64,000 bases of DNA from an uncultured Marinoscillum sp. (GTDB lineage: Bacteria; Bacteroidota; Bacteroidia; Cytophagales; MED-G16): positions 62,890-126,889 of the forward strand of contig CAZKLB010000002.1 of assembly GCA_964553685.1 (NCBI GenBank), in the 5' to 3' direction. Below the pieces are notes generated by a model that did no database searches, was not told the DNA's origin, and saw nothing but the letters and a program-made list of their open reading frames with translations. Position numbers and translations under genes: made by a program. Positions within the stretch are counted from its first letter, which is position 1, and the number at the start of each line of letters is the position of its first letter. Below are positions 1 to 9,894 of this stretch, piece after piece.

Positions 1-1380
1 TATTCTATGATTGAGCCTGAAATAAAAAAAATATCTTCATTTAATCAATTAAAAACTTTATATAAAAATTATGCAAACAATAAAATTATAGCAAAATATT
101 ATGGAAGAAGTTTATTGAAAGAGTATCTGAGCGATGAAATAATTGATGAAATAACCGAAATTTTAGATTTAGTTGAAAGAGATGAACTTTTTGTCGTTGA
201 AAATAAAAAGTTTAGAGTTGCAGTATTACTTCCATTTATGTTTGATGGTTTTGATAATGATAATTTTATTAAAAATAATAATTTCATTATGGATCTATAT
301 TCAGGTATTCTTTTTGGCCATAAGAATTATGATTCTATAAATTCTATGATCGATATAATACCTTTTGATACAAGAAGAGATCCTATAGTAGTCAGAAAAA
401 TAATCCAAGAGGGAAACTTAGATAATGTCGATTTGATAATTGGACCTCTCTATGGTAAACCAATTGAAATAATAAAACAATTCTGCTTGGAAAATAAAAT
501 TTTAATGATAAATCCATTATCAAGTAATAATAAAATAATTGATGATAATAGATACAGTTTGCTTTTCAAACCGTCAATAAAAACAGTAGCTCAAAAAGCC
601 TCCGAATATTCGATAGATAGATTTAATACAAATAAAAATACAATTATATTCTATGAGAATAATTTTCAAGACTCCCTGATTGCTAAAATTTATTATGATA
701 ATCTTGAGAAGAATGGCTTTAACATTATTTATTCTAAATCTGTTTCAAAAGATGATTCAAGATTGATTTTAGACTCACTTGCAAGTACATATGAAGAAAT
801 GTTATCTGATTCTATTTATGATACTTTGAAGAATATATCGGGAATTTTAATAAAGGATGGGAGAGGGATAGATGAATTGGATACAGCCTATAAGTATATT
901 GAAAAATTTTATATTGAAGAGGATAGTATTGGTCACGTATTTGTTTCATCAAAAAATTCATTGTTTGCCTCTAATATTATTAGTGCTGTAGACATAAGAA
1001 ATGATACTATTCCAGTTTTAGGTTTTGAGGACTGGTTAAAATTTAATTTAATTTCAATAAATCAATTTCAAGATTTAGATATATCACTGATAAGTCCATC
1101 TTTTTCTAATTCGCTAGATGAAGATTATAAATATATAGAGGAATATTTTATAGATAATTATCGGAGAAAACCCTCAAATAATTTCATTATTGGAGTAGAA
1201 TTAATAAATATGATTATTGATATTAATAAAAGTTATGGCAGATACTTCCAATTTGGGTTGAGAAATGAAAAATTGATAAAAGGCAAAATTTCAGGAGGGT
1301 CCTCATATCTGAGAGCAAATGATAATCAAATCGTACCAGTTATTAAAGTTGTAGAGTCTGATATTATCAAAATAAATTAG
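1..1380 (+). CDS. Periplasmic-binding-protein type 1 (LIVBP-like) domain protein, probably 5'-truncated by the window edge
   Basis: The ORF is open from base 1 (TAT TCT precede the first Met at 7 with no stop). There is no signal peptide at that Met. Segments such as IIGPLYGKP and KILMINPLSS resemble the PBP1 fold. The family call is from memory only. Confidence 0.4.
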   Translation, partial: YSMIEPEIKKISSFNQLKTLYKNYANNKIIAKYYGRSLLKEYLSDEIIDEITEILDLVERDELFVVENKKFRVAVLLPFMFDGFDNDNFIKNNNFIMDLYSGILFGHKNYDSINSMIDIIPFDTRRDPIVVRKIIQEGNLDNVDLIIGPLYGKPIEIIKQFCLENKILMINPLSSNNKIIDDNRYSLLFKPSIKTVAQKASEYSIDRFNTNKNTIIFYENNFQDSLIAKIYYDNLEKNGFNIIYSKSVSKDDSRLILDSLASTYEEMLSDSIYDTLKNISGILIKDGRGIDELDTAYKYIEKFYIEEDSIGHVFVSSKNSLFASNIISAVDIRNDTIPVLGFEDWLKFNLISINQFQDLDISLISPSFSNSLDEDYKYIEEYFIDNYRRKPSNNFIIGVELINMIIDINKSYGRYFQFGLRNEKLIKGKISGGSSYLRANDNQIVPVIKVVESDIIKIN

Positions 1381-3152
1381 TCTATTTTATATTCAATTCT
1401 CATTTGAAAGGGATCAAATCTTTTACTTTTTGTAAATGAGTGAATTAACCAATTATCTTTTTCATTAAATAGAGGATTAATTTTTAAACCTGTTTGTTGA
1501 AGTGAAACAAGTAATTTTTCAATTTCTGTTTTTTGTTTTGGATATTCTACCAACTGAAATTTTTCTAAGTCAGCTAATTTGGAAGCTATATTTATGGCAT
1601 CGTTAAAATCACCAATAACATCTACTAAGTTCAGATCTTTACCTTGGTTGCCATAATAAACTTTACCTCTTGCTAGTTTATCAACTTGATCTTTTGTGAT
1701 ATTTCTTCCTTTGGAAACTACATCTAAGAAATCATCATAAACCTGATTGATTCCTCTTTGAACAAGATTTCTCTCATCATTAGTAAGTGGTCTTGAGAAA
1801 TCAATTTCACCAACATTATTATTAGTTTTAATTTCATCGACACTAATTTTTAATTTCTCTTTGATTAAAGTTGATAACTCAGGTAATATTCCAAATACTC
1901 CAATTGAGCCAACTATAGAACCTTCTGAGGCTATAATAGTATCAGATGGCATTGCTATAAAATATCCTCCGGAAGCACAAACATCAGACATGTATGTTAC
2001 AAGTGGCTTTTTTGCGGCAAGAAGCTCCAGCTCTCTTGTTATTAAATCTGAGGCGAAAGCACTACCACCTCCAGAGTTAACATACAAAATAACAGATTTG
2101 ATATTTTTATTTTTTCTAATTTTTTTGATATCCTTAATTATTGTTTCAGAATATATGCCATCATCTCCTGAACCTGGTAAAATATCACCTATAGCATATA
2201 GAACAGCTACTTTATTTTTATTGTATCTATTTGTCTTTTTTAATGATTTTCTATAGTCAAAAAGGTTAACTTCATTATATGAGGAATCAACTTTAATCTT
2301 AAGGTATTCTTCCATTTGATCTTCATATAGTAAGCTATCAACTAAATTATTAGCTAATGCATCTACTGCTAGTTCTGTATTAAATTTTTCAATTTCACTT
2401 AATAATTTATCTTCAGATATTTCTCTTGAATTAGATATATCTTCAAGATAATTTTCCATTCTATAATTTAAAAGATTTAGGTATTGCTCTTTATTTTCTT
2501 CGCTAAAATCATTTCTTACATATGTTTCTGCTGCTCCTTTATACTCACCCACTCTAAATAGTTGAATATTAATACCTAGTTCCTCAAATAAATTTTTATA
2601 GAAGAATGAGTTGATACCAAAACCACTTACGCTTATAAAACCTGGAGGTGAAATTGCTATAAAGTTTGAAATTGAAGATATGTAGTAAGCATTTTTTGTT
2701 TGTAGGTCAGAAAACGAATATATTGGTTTTGTCTCTTTAAAATTTTTAAGTAAATCTCTAACTTTTTTAGATTTATTGAAGCTTAGTGTTACATTTTCGA
2801 GATTTAAATAAATACCTTTTATATTATCATCATCTTTGGCTGATTCTAGAATACTTTCGAAAGATTTTAAGCTTATTTTTTGTTGTGTATTTGAGTTATC
2901 AAGTATAGGAATAGGAAGCGGTAATTCATTTAAATTAAAATCTAATTCTGAGGGTTTGGTATCTCTATCTCCAATGATACTTAGGTTATTAATGTATAAT
3001 AACGAATTTGGTTCAATTGTTACCTCTTTTTCAGTATCTGATGAAAATAATGCAGATACTATACTAATTAGAAAAATAATCATGAATAAACTGATAAAAA
3101 AAGTAATTACACCCTTAATCGCACTCTTTAAAATATTTTTAATAAAATTCAT
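1377..3152 (-). CDS. sppA: Signal peptide peptidase SppA, 67K type (S49)
   Basis: 591 aa with an N-terminal TM anchor and two S49 repeats. Motifs include VNSGGGSAFASD and CASGGYFIAMPSD. Confidence 0.85.
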   Translation of the reverse strand: MNFIKNILKSAIKGVITFFISLFMIIFLISIVSALFSSDTEKEVTIEPNSLLYINNLSIIGDRDTKPSELDFNLNELPLPIPILDNSNTQQKISLKSFESILESAKDDDNIKGIYLNLENVTLSFNKSKKVRDLLKNFKETKPIYSFSDLQTKNAYYISSISNFIAISPPGFISVSGFGINSFFYKNLFEELGINIQLFRVGEYKGAAETYVRNDFSEENKEQYLNLLNYRMENYLEDISNSREISEDKLLSEIEKFNTELAVDALANNLVDSLLYEDQMEEYLKIKVDSSYNEVNLFDYRKSLKKTNRYNKNKVAVLYAIGDILPGSGDDGIYSETIIKDIKKIRKNKNIKSVILYVNSGGGSAFASDLITRELELLAAKKPLVTYMSDVCASGGYFIAMPSDTIIASEGSIVGSIGVFGILPELSTLIKEKLKISVDEIKTNNNVGEIDFSRPLTNDERNLVQRGINQVYDDFLDVVSKGRNITKDQVDKLARGKVYYGNQGKDLNLVDVIGDFNDAINIASKLADLEKFQLVEYPKQKTEIEKLLVSLQQTGLKINPLFNEKDNWLIHSFTKSKRFDPFQMRIEYKID

Positions 3153-3154
3153 AG

Positions 3155-3865
3155 TTATATATATTTTTTGTTAGCATATATTAGATCATCCTTAGTATCA
3201 ATACTAAAGCTATCATATTTAGTTGTTTTTATTTTAATTTTTAATCCGTTTTCTAACCATCTTAATTGCTCAAGTGATTCTGCTATTTCAAGTGGAGATG
3301 GCTCTATAGAGATAATCTTATCTAATATCGATGGGGTATATGCATAAATACATATGTGTTTATTGTATAAATTATTCTTGTTATTAAAAGGAATTAGTGA
3401 TCTTGAAAAATATAATGCTTCATCATTTAAATCTTTAACAACTTTCATCACAGAATTATTTTCTAATTTTTTAGAGTATTTTTCTTCTTTTACTAGGGTG
3501 CAAATTTCATTTGGATATTTACATATTTTTATTAAATCATCTATCTGATTACTTTTAATAAATGGTTCATCTCCTTGTATATTTATTATAAAATCACACT
3601 TAAGATCAATTTTTTTATAAGCTTCATGTACTCTTTCTGTTCCATTAATTGGATTATTTGAAGTTAATATTGCCTTTCCAAAATTAGAAACATGATCATA
3701 AATTTCATCATTAGGAGTTGCAACAAATAGATCATTTAATTGTCCACATTTAATTGCAGACTCATAAACTCTTTGAATCATTGATTTATTACCTAATTTA
3801 ATAAGAGGCTTTCCAGGTAGTCTAGTTGACTCCATTCTTGCTGGAATAATTCCTATAATTTTCAT
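3155..3865 (-). CDS. kdsB: 3-deoxy-manno-octulosonate cytidylyltransferase (CMP-KDO synthetase)
   Basis: The N-terminus MKIIGIIPARMESTRLPGKPL and the NIQGDEPF motif match the family. 236 aa. Confidence 0.9.
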   Translation of the reverse strand: MKIIGIIPARMESTRLPGKPLIKLGNKSMIQRVYESAIKCGQLNDLFVATPNDEIYDHVSNFGKAILTSNNPINGTERVHEAYKKIDLKCDFIINIQGDEPFIKSNQIDDLIKICKYPNEICTLVKEEKYSKKLENNSVMKVVKDLNDEALYFSRSLIPFNNKNNLYNKHICIYAYTPSILDKIISIEPSPLEIAESLEQLRWLENGLKIKIKTTKYDSFSIDTKDDLIYANKKYI

Positions 3866-3868
3866 TTA

Positions 3869-5206
3869 TTATTTCTTATTAACTTTTAGGCTACCTCCTT
3901 CATTACTTACGACTTTAACTTTACTATTTTTTTCAATAAAACCTCCTGAACTCGTTGCGTCATAAATTTCTTCACCAATAATTATTTTACCACTTGGTCT
4001 TAAAACAGTATATGCTTTCCCTATTTTTCCAACTAAATTATCAGGATATTTATTTGAGATATAACCCATTGATGTGTCTTGAGTTTCATCTAAAGAGATA
4101 TTTTTGAATGCTTTGGAACTTGTAAACCTTAAACCGCCAAAGAGAATTAAAATTCCAAAAGCAAAAACTGAAATTAGAACTGAAAGACTTGCATTCATAA
4201 TATCTCTTGATATAACAAAAGTAAAATCAAACATATCATTATTAAGCATTATCAAGATCAGAGAACTTACGGAAATAATTAAACCAGAAACTCCAAAAAT
4301 TCCAAAACCAGGAATTACAAAAACTTCTACTACAATTAGAATTATCCCCAAAAAGAAAAGAACAATTTCCCAATTTTCAGCAACCCCATTAAGATAATAT
4401 GGTGTTAGATATAGAATTAAAGCAATAATTGAAGCAATAATTGGAAAACCTACTCCAGGGGTTTGGAGTTCAAAATATAAGCCTCCCATAATTAAAAGAA
4501 TTAAAATACTGCTCACTATAGGGTTTAAAAAAATCGAAATTATATTTTCGGCTGAACCTAATTCAAACTTTGTAATTTCATAATTTTCTATTCCCTGTCT
4601 TTCCATGATTTCATCTACTGAATTTAATTCTGCATCACAAAAACCATATTCTATAGCTTCTTTTGTTGAAAATGTTATGACTTTCCCTTCTTGAGAAATA
4701 CTATCAACTTTAATATCCTCATCAACCATAGCTTCAGCAATCTTTGGATCTCTTCCTTTTGCTTCAGCAGTTGATCTCATTATTGACCTCATATATGATT
4801 GATATTTATCAGGTGCTTGAGCCCCATCTCCTGTAACAACAGTAGCAGCACCAATACTCGCTCCACTACTCATATAAATGCTATCACAAGCAATTGAAAT
4901 TAAAGCTCCAGCAGATGCTGCATCCTTATTTATCCATACGTAGATTGGTTTTTCAAAATCTAAAATTCTAGTTCTAATATCATCTGCATCATTAACTGCT
5001 CCTCCATAAGTATCCATCTCAATAACGATTATGTCATAATTTTCATTTTTTGCTTCATCAATTAAGAGTTTTGTATAACGATTAGTTCTAGGATCAATAT
5101 TTGATTTCACTTCTGCTAAAAGTATTCTTTTATTCTCTTTCTGAGCGTTAACAAAAAAAGGCAGTAGTGTAAATGTTAATAAAACCTTCAATATATTTAC
5201 TTGCAT
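3869..5206 (-). CDS. NfeD-family membrane-bound ClpP-class serine protease (long form)
   Basis: Signal peptide, then a ClpP-like domain (DTYGGAV, AASAGALIS), a central block of 4-5 TM helices and a C-terminal OB-like tail. Confidence 0.75.
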   Translation of the reverse strand: MQVNILKVLLTFTLLPFFVNAQKENKRILLAEVKSNIDPRTNRYTKLLIDEAKNENYDIIVIEMDTYGGAVNDADDIRTRILDFEKPIYVWINKDAASAGALISIACDSIYMSSGASIGAATVVTGDGAQAPDKYQSYMRSIMRSTAEAKGRDPKIAEAMVDEDIKVDSISQEGKVITFSTKEAIEYGFCDAELNSVDEIMERQGIENYEITKFELGSAENIISIFLNPIVSSILILLIMGGLYFELQTPGVGFPIIASIIALILYLTPYYLNGVAENWEIVLFFLGIILIVVEVFVIPGFGIFGVSGLIISVSSLILIMLNNDMFDFTFVISRDIMNASLSVLISVFAFGILILFGGLRFTSSKAFKNISLDETQDTSMGYISNKYPDNLVGKIGKAYTVLRPSGKIIIGEEIYDATSSGGFIEKNSKVKVVSNEGGSLKVNKK

Positions 5207-5221
5207 AATATTTAAATTTTG

Positions 5222-5743
5222 ATGATAAAGTTATTAAAAATTGGCCTATTTATTATTCTTATTTCTATCAATACAATTTATTCCCAAAATAGAAATTATC
5301 ATATAGTCATAAAAGGAGAAACTATTTATTCTATATCTAAAAAGTATAATTTAAGTATTGAGGAAATTAGATCTTTTAATAAATTAGAATCAAATACCTT
5401 ATCGATAGGACAAAAAATTTATTTAGAAGAAAACATAGAAAAAAAAGAAGTAGAAACTAACACGATAAAAGAAGAAGGTTTTGCATCAACAATATCTGTT
5501 GAAGATTCATCAGAAAAGTATTTAGCACTCCATAAAACAGCAAGTATTGGAACTATAATTTTTGTAAAAAATCAAATGAATGATAATATGGTAATAGTGA
5601 GAGTAATTGGTAAACTTCCAGAAACTGGAGTTAATGATAAAATTTCACTTAGGATATCAAAGATTGCGTTTGAAAAGTTAGATGCTAAGGATGAAAAAAT
5701 ACCTGTTGAGTTGACTTACGTTAACGATAATAATGAAAGATAA
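5222..5743 (+). CDS. LysM domain protein with a possible RlpA-like double-psi beta-barrel C-terminus
   Basis: Signal peptide and LysM motif HIVIKGETIYSISKKYNLSIEEIRSFNKL. The ORF-track start at 5219 is TTG, and an ATG follows at 5222. Confidence 0.6.
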   Translation: MIKLLKIGLFIILISINTIYSQNRNYHIVIKGETIYSISKKYNLSIEEIRSFNKLESNTLSIGQKIYLEENIEKKEVETNTIKEEGFASTISVEDSSEKYLALHKTASIGTIIFVKNQMNDNMVIVRVIGKLPETGVNDKISLRISKIAFEKLDAKDEKIPVELTYVNDNNER

Positions 5744-5814
5744 TTTAAAAAAGTAATTTAAATTATTTTATGTAAGATATATGACATATATTGCGGCCTA
5801 ATTTAATATAATTT

Positions 5815-6009
5815 ATGAATACAGGTAAAGTAAAATTTTTCAATCCTACTAAAGGATACGGTTTTATTATCGAAGATGGTAGTGAAACTGAACACTTTGT
5901 TCACTCAACTGGTTTAATTGATCAAATCGATGAAGGAGACTCAGTTGAATTCGAATTAGTTGATGGTAAAAAAGGAAAAATTGCTGGGAACGTTAAGAAA
6001 GTATCTTAA
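5815..6009 (+). CDS. Cold-shock protein (CspA family)
   Basis: 64 aa with GKVKFFNPTKGYGFI (RNP1) and HFVHS (RNP2-like). Codon usage looks biased toward highly expressed genes. Confidence 0.9.
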   Translation: MNTGKVKFFNPTKGYGFIIEDGSETEHFVHSTGLIDQIDEGDSVEFELVDGKKGKIAGNVKKVS

Positions 6010-6017
6010 CATTCTAG

Positions 6018-6641
6018 TTATTTCCATTTTCCAGGATCTTCTCTCCAGTTTTTAAGTTTTTCAAGCTCAGACTCAGTGATATATTTCTCTTGGAGTGCTA
6101 TCTCCATGAGATCATTGTAGTAGTATATGCTATTTGTATCACAACTGATGCTTTGGAAGTTATCTTTTGATATCTTAAATCCATAATTAAAAATGGATAG
6201 AACACTGAGGACCTTAGAACCACTCTCTCTAATTGCCTCAACCGACTTAATTGAACTTCCACCGGTTGAAATTAGGTCTTCAATTAAAATTATTCTAGAA
6301 TTTTTTTCAAGTTTTCCCTCTATCAAATTTTTCATTCCATGAGATTTATTCTGTGATCTAACATAGATAAAGGGAAGATTTAGTGCATCTGCCACTAAGG
6401 CACCTTGAGGAATTCCTGCGGTAGCTACACCTGCTATTACATCAACTTCTTTATATTTTGCTTTTATAATATCAACTAGTCTTGAGGTTATTTTTTTTCT
6501 AATTTTTGGATATGATAATGAGATTCTATTATCAAAGTATATGGGAGATTTCCATCCTGATGCCCAAGAAAATGATTTATAGATACTGATTTTAATTGAA
6601 TTAATTTTTAATAAATCATTTAATAATTCAAGAGATTTCAT
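6018..6641 (-). CDS. pyrE: Orotate phosphoribosyltransferase
   Basis: 207 aa with the PRPP-binding loop IILIEDLISTGGS and an FKSGWKSPIYFD-like segment (SWASGWKSPIYFD). Confidence 0.85.
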   Translation of the reverse strand: MKSLELLNDLLKINSIKISIYKSFSWASGWKSPIYFDNRISLSYPKIRKKITSRLVDIIKAKYKEVDVIAGVATAGIPQGALVADALNLPFIYVRSQNKSHGMKNLIEGKLEKNSRIILIEDLISTGGSSIKSVEAIRESGSKVLSVLSIFNYGFKISKDNFQSISCDTNSIYYYNDLMEIALQEKYITESELEKLKNWREDPGKWK

Positions 6642-6686
6642 ATTTTAACAAAACTAAGATTAATTTTAATAATCTAACCTGATTAT

Positions 6687-7358
6687 ATGAAAACAATTTT
6701 TGTAAATGATATTCAAATAAATTTTAAAAAATTTAATAATCTAAAAATTCGAAATGAGGATTTTGATACTCTAGTTGATGGCTCCTCTGGAATTGTTACA
6801 AAAAAACTTTTTTCTCGTGTCTTAATTTATGATGCAACAATTGCTACTATAGTGGATTTGTTAAAAAAGATGACAGATAAAAAGTTTAAAAAAATTTATT
6901 CAATTACTATAACACTCAAGAGATTTAAGTATGTTTTAAAGCAGGTAAAAAAAATGTTTAAAATTATTAAAGCTGGAGGAGGAGTTGTTAAAAATAACAA
7001 TGATCAAATTTTATTTATCTATAGGCTAAAAAAGTGGGATCTTCCTAAAGGGAAGTTAGATAAAGGTGAAACTATAAGGGACTGTGCAAAACGTGAGGTA
7101 GAGGAGGAGACTAAGGTTAAGGTTAATCTTAAACAAAAAATTATATCAACCTGGCATACTTATACAAGAAACAAAAAATTTATTTTAAAAAAGACTACCT
7201 GGTTTAAAATGGATTGTGTTGATGATTCAAAGATGAAGCCTCAAAAAAAAGAAAAAATAGAAAAGGTTGAGTGGATGGATAATAGTACGATTAAAGAAAT
7301 TTTGCTCAGCTCTTACAAGACATTAAATCATGTTATGATTGAATATTATAAGAAGTAA
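6687..7358 (+). CDS. NUDIX hydrolase
   Basis: Nudix box GKLDKGETIRDCAKREVEEETKV in the C-terminal half. Confidence 0.8.
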   Translation: MKTIFVNDIQINFKKFNNLKIRNEDFDTLVDGSSGIVTKKLFSRVLIYDATIATIVDLLKKMTDKKFKKIYSITITLKRFKYVLKQVKKMFKIIKAGGGVVKNNNDQILFIYRLKKWDLPKGKLDKGETIRDCAKREVEEETKVKVNLKQKIISTWHTYTRNKKFILKKTTWFKMDCVDDSKMKPQKKEKIEKVEWMDNSTIKEILLSSYKTLNHVMIEYYKK

Positions 7359-7367
7359 AAATTATAT

Positions 7368-8582
7368 CTAAATTGACGAGATAACTTTTAATAATTTTTC
7401 TACTTCTTTTTTAGTATTATACAGTGAAATACCAAGTCTGGTAACACCTCCTCTTTTTTCTAAATTTAATTTTTTTATAGCTTGAATGGCATAAAAATGA
7501 CCATCCCAAGCACAGATATTTTTTTTGGCTAGTTCTTTACAAATTTCATTTGCAGTTTTATTTTTATGAATAAATGAAACAGTAGGTGTTCTTTTTTTTG
7601 ATGAGAAATCTGGCCCAATTACCTCCAAATTTTTTATTTTTTTAAGTCCATTATATAGATAAGATGCAAGATGATATTCATGAGCTCCAATCTTTTGAAA
7701 TGCATCATCAAGTTTTTCTCTTAATGTATTTCCTTTTCCAATCGAAGATATGAAATCAATAGATTTTGATACACCTGCACATGCTGCATGATTAAGTGTT
7801 CCAGTTTCTATTTTGTAAGGCCCATCTTGTTCTTGAACGATAAGATTATCTGTTTTTAAAGTATTTAACAAATCAGGTTTTGAGTATAAAATTCCAACAT
7901 GTGGACCGTAAAATTTATATGCTGAACAAAGTAGAAAGTCACAATCAAATTTTTTAACATCTATCAGGAAATGTGGAGCATAGTGTACCGCATCAAGTAA
8001 AAAAAGTAAATTATGTTTTTTTATTAAGTTTTTAATAAACATAAAATCATTCATCGTTCCAAGTGCATTAGAAGACATACCCATGGCAACCATTACTGTC
8101 TTATTATTTATCTTTTTACTGAAATCGTTATAATCTAGTTCCCCATTTTTTTTAAGATTAACACTAACAACATTTATTCCTAATTCTTGAAATGTTTTCC
8201 ACGGACCTCTGTTCGCTTCATGATCAAGTTCAGTTATTATGACCTCATCACCTTCATTAAATTTTTTAGATAAAGCTTTAGATAAACTGAAATTAAGGGT
8301 TGTCATATTATTTCCAATTGAAATACAATCTTTATTTTCAGCACCAAGAAAAATTGATAATTTTTCTCTTACTTCATCCATAACTTCATCTGTTTCAATA
8401 CTAGTTATAAATTCTCCATGGGTGTTTGCATTTGATTTTTTATAGTAATCCGAAATTCCACTAATTACTATTTCTGGAACTTGGGTTCCTCCAGGTCCAT
8501 CAAAATATATAATTTGATCGTCATTTAAATTTTTTCTAGATAAAGAGGGAAATTGCTCTCTTAAATAACTAAGGTCTTGCAT
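7368..8582 (-). CDS. Class V aminotransferase / cysteine desulfurase-like protein (VC1184-type subfamily, from memory)
   Basis: N-terminus FPSLSR...IYFDGPGGTQVP and the PLP-fold pattern (CSAYKFYGPH contains the candidate Lys). 404 aa. Confidence 0.7.
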   Translation of the reverse strand: MQDLSYLREQFPSLSRKNLNDDQIIYFDGPGGTQVPEIVISGISDYYKKSNANTHGEFITSIETDEVMDEVREKLSIFLGAENKDCISIGNNMTTLNFSLSKALSKKFNEGDEVIITELDHEANRGPWKTFQELGINVVSVNLKKNGELDYNDFSKKINNKTVMVAMGMSSNALGTMNDFMFIKNLIKKHNLLFLLDAVHYAPHFLIDVKKFDCDFLLCSAYKFYGPHVGILYSKPDLLNTLKTDNLIVQEQDGPYKIETGTLNHAACAGVSKSIDFISSIGKGNTLREKLDDAFQKIGAHEYHLASYLYNGLKKIKNLEVIGPDFSSKKRTPTVSFIHKNKTANEICKELAKKNICAWDGHFYAIQAIKKLNLEKRGGVTRLGISLYNTKKEVEKLLKVISSI

Positions 8583-9870
8583 AATACTTTTGATAAATAT
8601 ATATAGGAATAGATAATGATAATAATATGATACCTGATATTATTGACTCAATCCCAACACCAATAATCATCCAAATGCAGAATAAAAATGCAAATATACC
8701 TGTAGCTAACGATCCTGAATATTCTGAAAGAGATTTTTTATTCTTAAATACATTAATTATTTCTGATAAAGAAATAAAAAAATATAATATTAATGTGCAA
8801 AATGTGGATGTAAGAATAAGATAAGTGAAAATATTTGTTAATCCCTTTGTATAATTTAAACATAATAGAATAATAACGAGGATTATTGAGATGATAAGGC
8901 CTTTAGTTGGAACTCTGTTTGAGCCTTTATCTGAAAAAATGCTTCCAAGCAATTTTTTTTTTGCCAGACTTCTAGGGATTTCAATTTGAAGTAATGTCCA
9001 ACCATTAAGGCAACCTAATCCTGAAATTATTGCAAAAATAGCAATAATGCTTTTAGCACTTTCACCTAGTACGAAACCCATTGCATCAGCATAAGGTGCA
9101 TTAGACAAAACTATTTCACTTGGACTCATTATTCCTATAATAGCAATGCTTGATAATACATATATTAAAAAAGTTAGACTTGTTCCAATCATTGTAGCTT
9201 TTGGGATCGTACTTTTTGGATTTTTAATTCCATCAGCTGGTATGGTTGCAGACTCAATACCTAGAAAAGCAAAAAATGTAAGGGCTGTTGTAATAGTAAG
9301 AGCTTCTAAGTTTGTCTCTTGTGAAATATTGATAGGAGTAAAATTTGAGAGATTAAAAACAAAAAATCCAATTATTATCGTAGCAAGTAATGGAATAATT
9401 TTAAGTATTGTTGTTATGAATTGAAATTGCCCAACTTTTTTAATGCCAAATGCATTAATTATTCCTATTAAAATTATTATAAATACGGCAAAAGATAAAC
9501 TTAATACAGGATCATTTAAGTTTTTTATAAAAATTGTTGAGTAGCTTGTTACGGCTATTGCTAAACTAGCATTGACTAGTAAAATTGATATCCAATACCC
9601 CCAAATAACAAAGAATCCAATAAATTTTCCAAAGCTTTTCTCTGTGTAGTGAAAAGGACCGCTTTCACCAGGATATTTTTTACTTAGCTTTCTAAATATG
9701 GAAGCTAAAATAAATGCCATAATCCCAGAAATTATCCAACCAAAAATACTAATAGATCCATATTTAGATAGAGAGACTGGAAGCATAAAAATTCCAGCGC
9801 CAATCATATTGCCCATTACAAGGCTAATTGATTCTTTTAATTCTATTTTATTATTTTTTATATTGTTCAT
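8569..9870 (-). CDS. APC-superfamily amino acid/polyamine antiporter-like permease
   Basis: About 12 TM segments. The motif LVMGNMIGAGIFMLPVSL resembles the AdiC/PotE-type APA family. Overlaps the downstream class V aminotransferase by 14 nt. Confidence 0.8.
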   Translation of the reverse strand: MNNIKNNKIELKESISLVMGNMIGAGIFMLPVSLSKYGSISIFGWIISGIMAFILASIFRKLSKKYPGESGPFHYTEKSFGKFIGFFVIWGYWISILLVNASLAIAVTSYSTIFIKNLNDPVLSLSFAVFIIILIGIINAFGIKKVGQFQFITTILKIIPLLATIIIGFFVFNLSNFTPINISQETNLEALTITTALTFFAFLGIESATIPADGIKNPKSTIPKATMIGTSLTFLIYVLSSIAIIGIMSPSEIVLSNAPYADAMGFVLGESAKSIIAIFAIISGLGCLNGWTLLQIEIPRSLAKKKLLGSIFSDKGSNRVPTKGLIISIILVIILLCLNYTKGLTNIFTYLILTSTFCTLILYFFISLSEIINVFKNKKSLSEYSGSLATGIFAFLFCIWMIIGVGIESIISGIILLSLSIPIYIYQKYYARP

Positions 9871-9894
9871 TGATTTTCAATATAATCTTTTTAG

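Noticed and set aside
1861-3174. Antisense ORFs inside sppA (1861-2256, 2836-3174). Similar shadow ORFs occur elsewhere: 99-287, 3354-3548, 4104-4397, 8239-8445, 8627-8824, 9146-9424, 12951-13208, 18494-18805, 28423-28834, 35750-36043, 40347-40691, 45007-45528, 46301-46956, 47727-48023 and 63018-63251.
   Set aside because: All lie entirely within, and opposite or out of frame to, long ORFs with clear family motifs. Their translations are low-complexity (I/L/F/S/K-rich), as expected from stop-poor antisense frames in AT-rich DNA.
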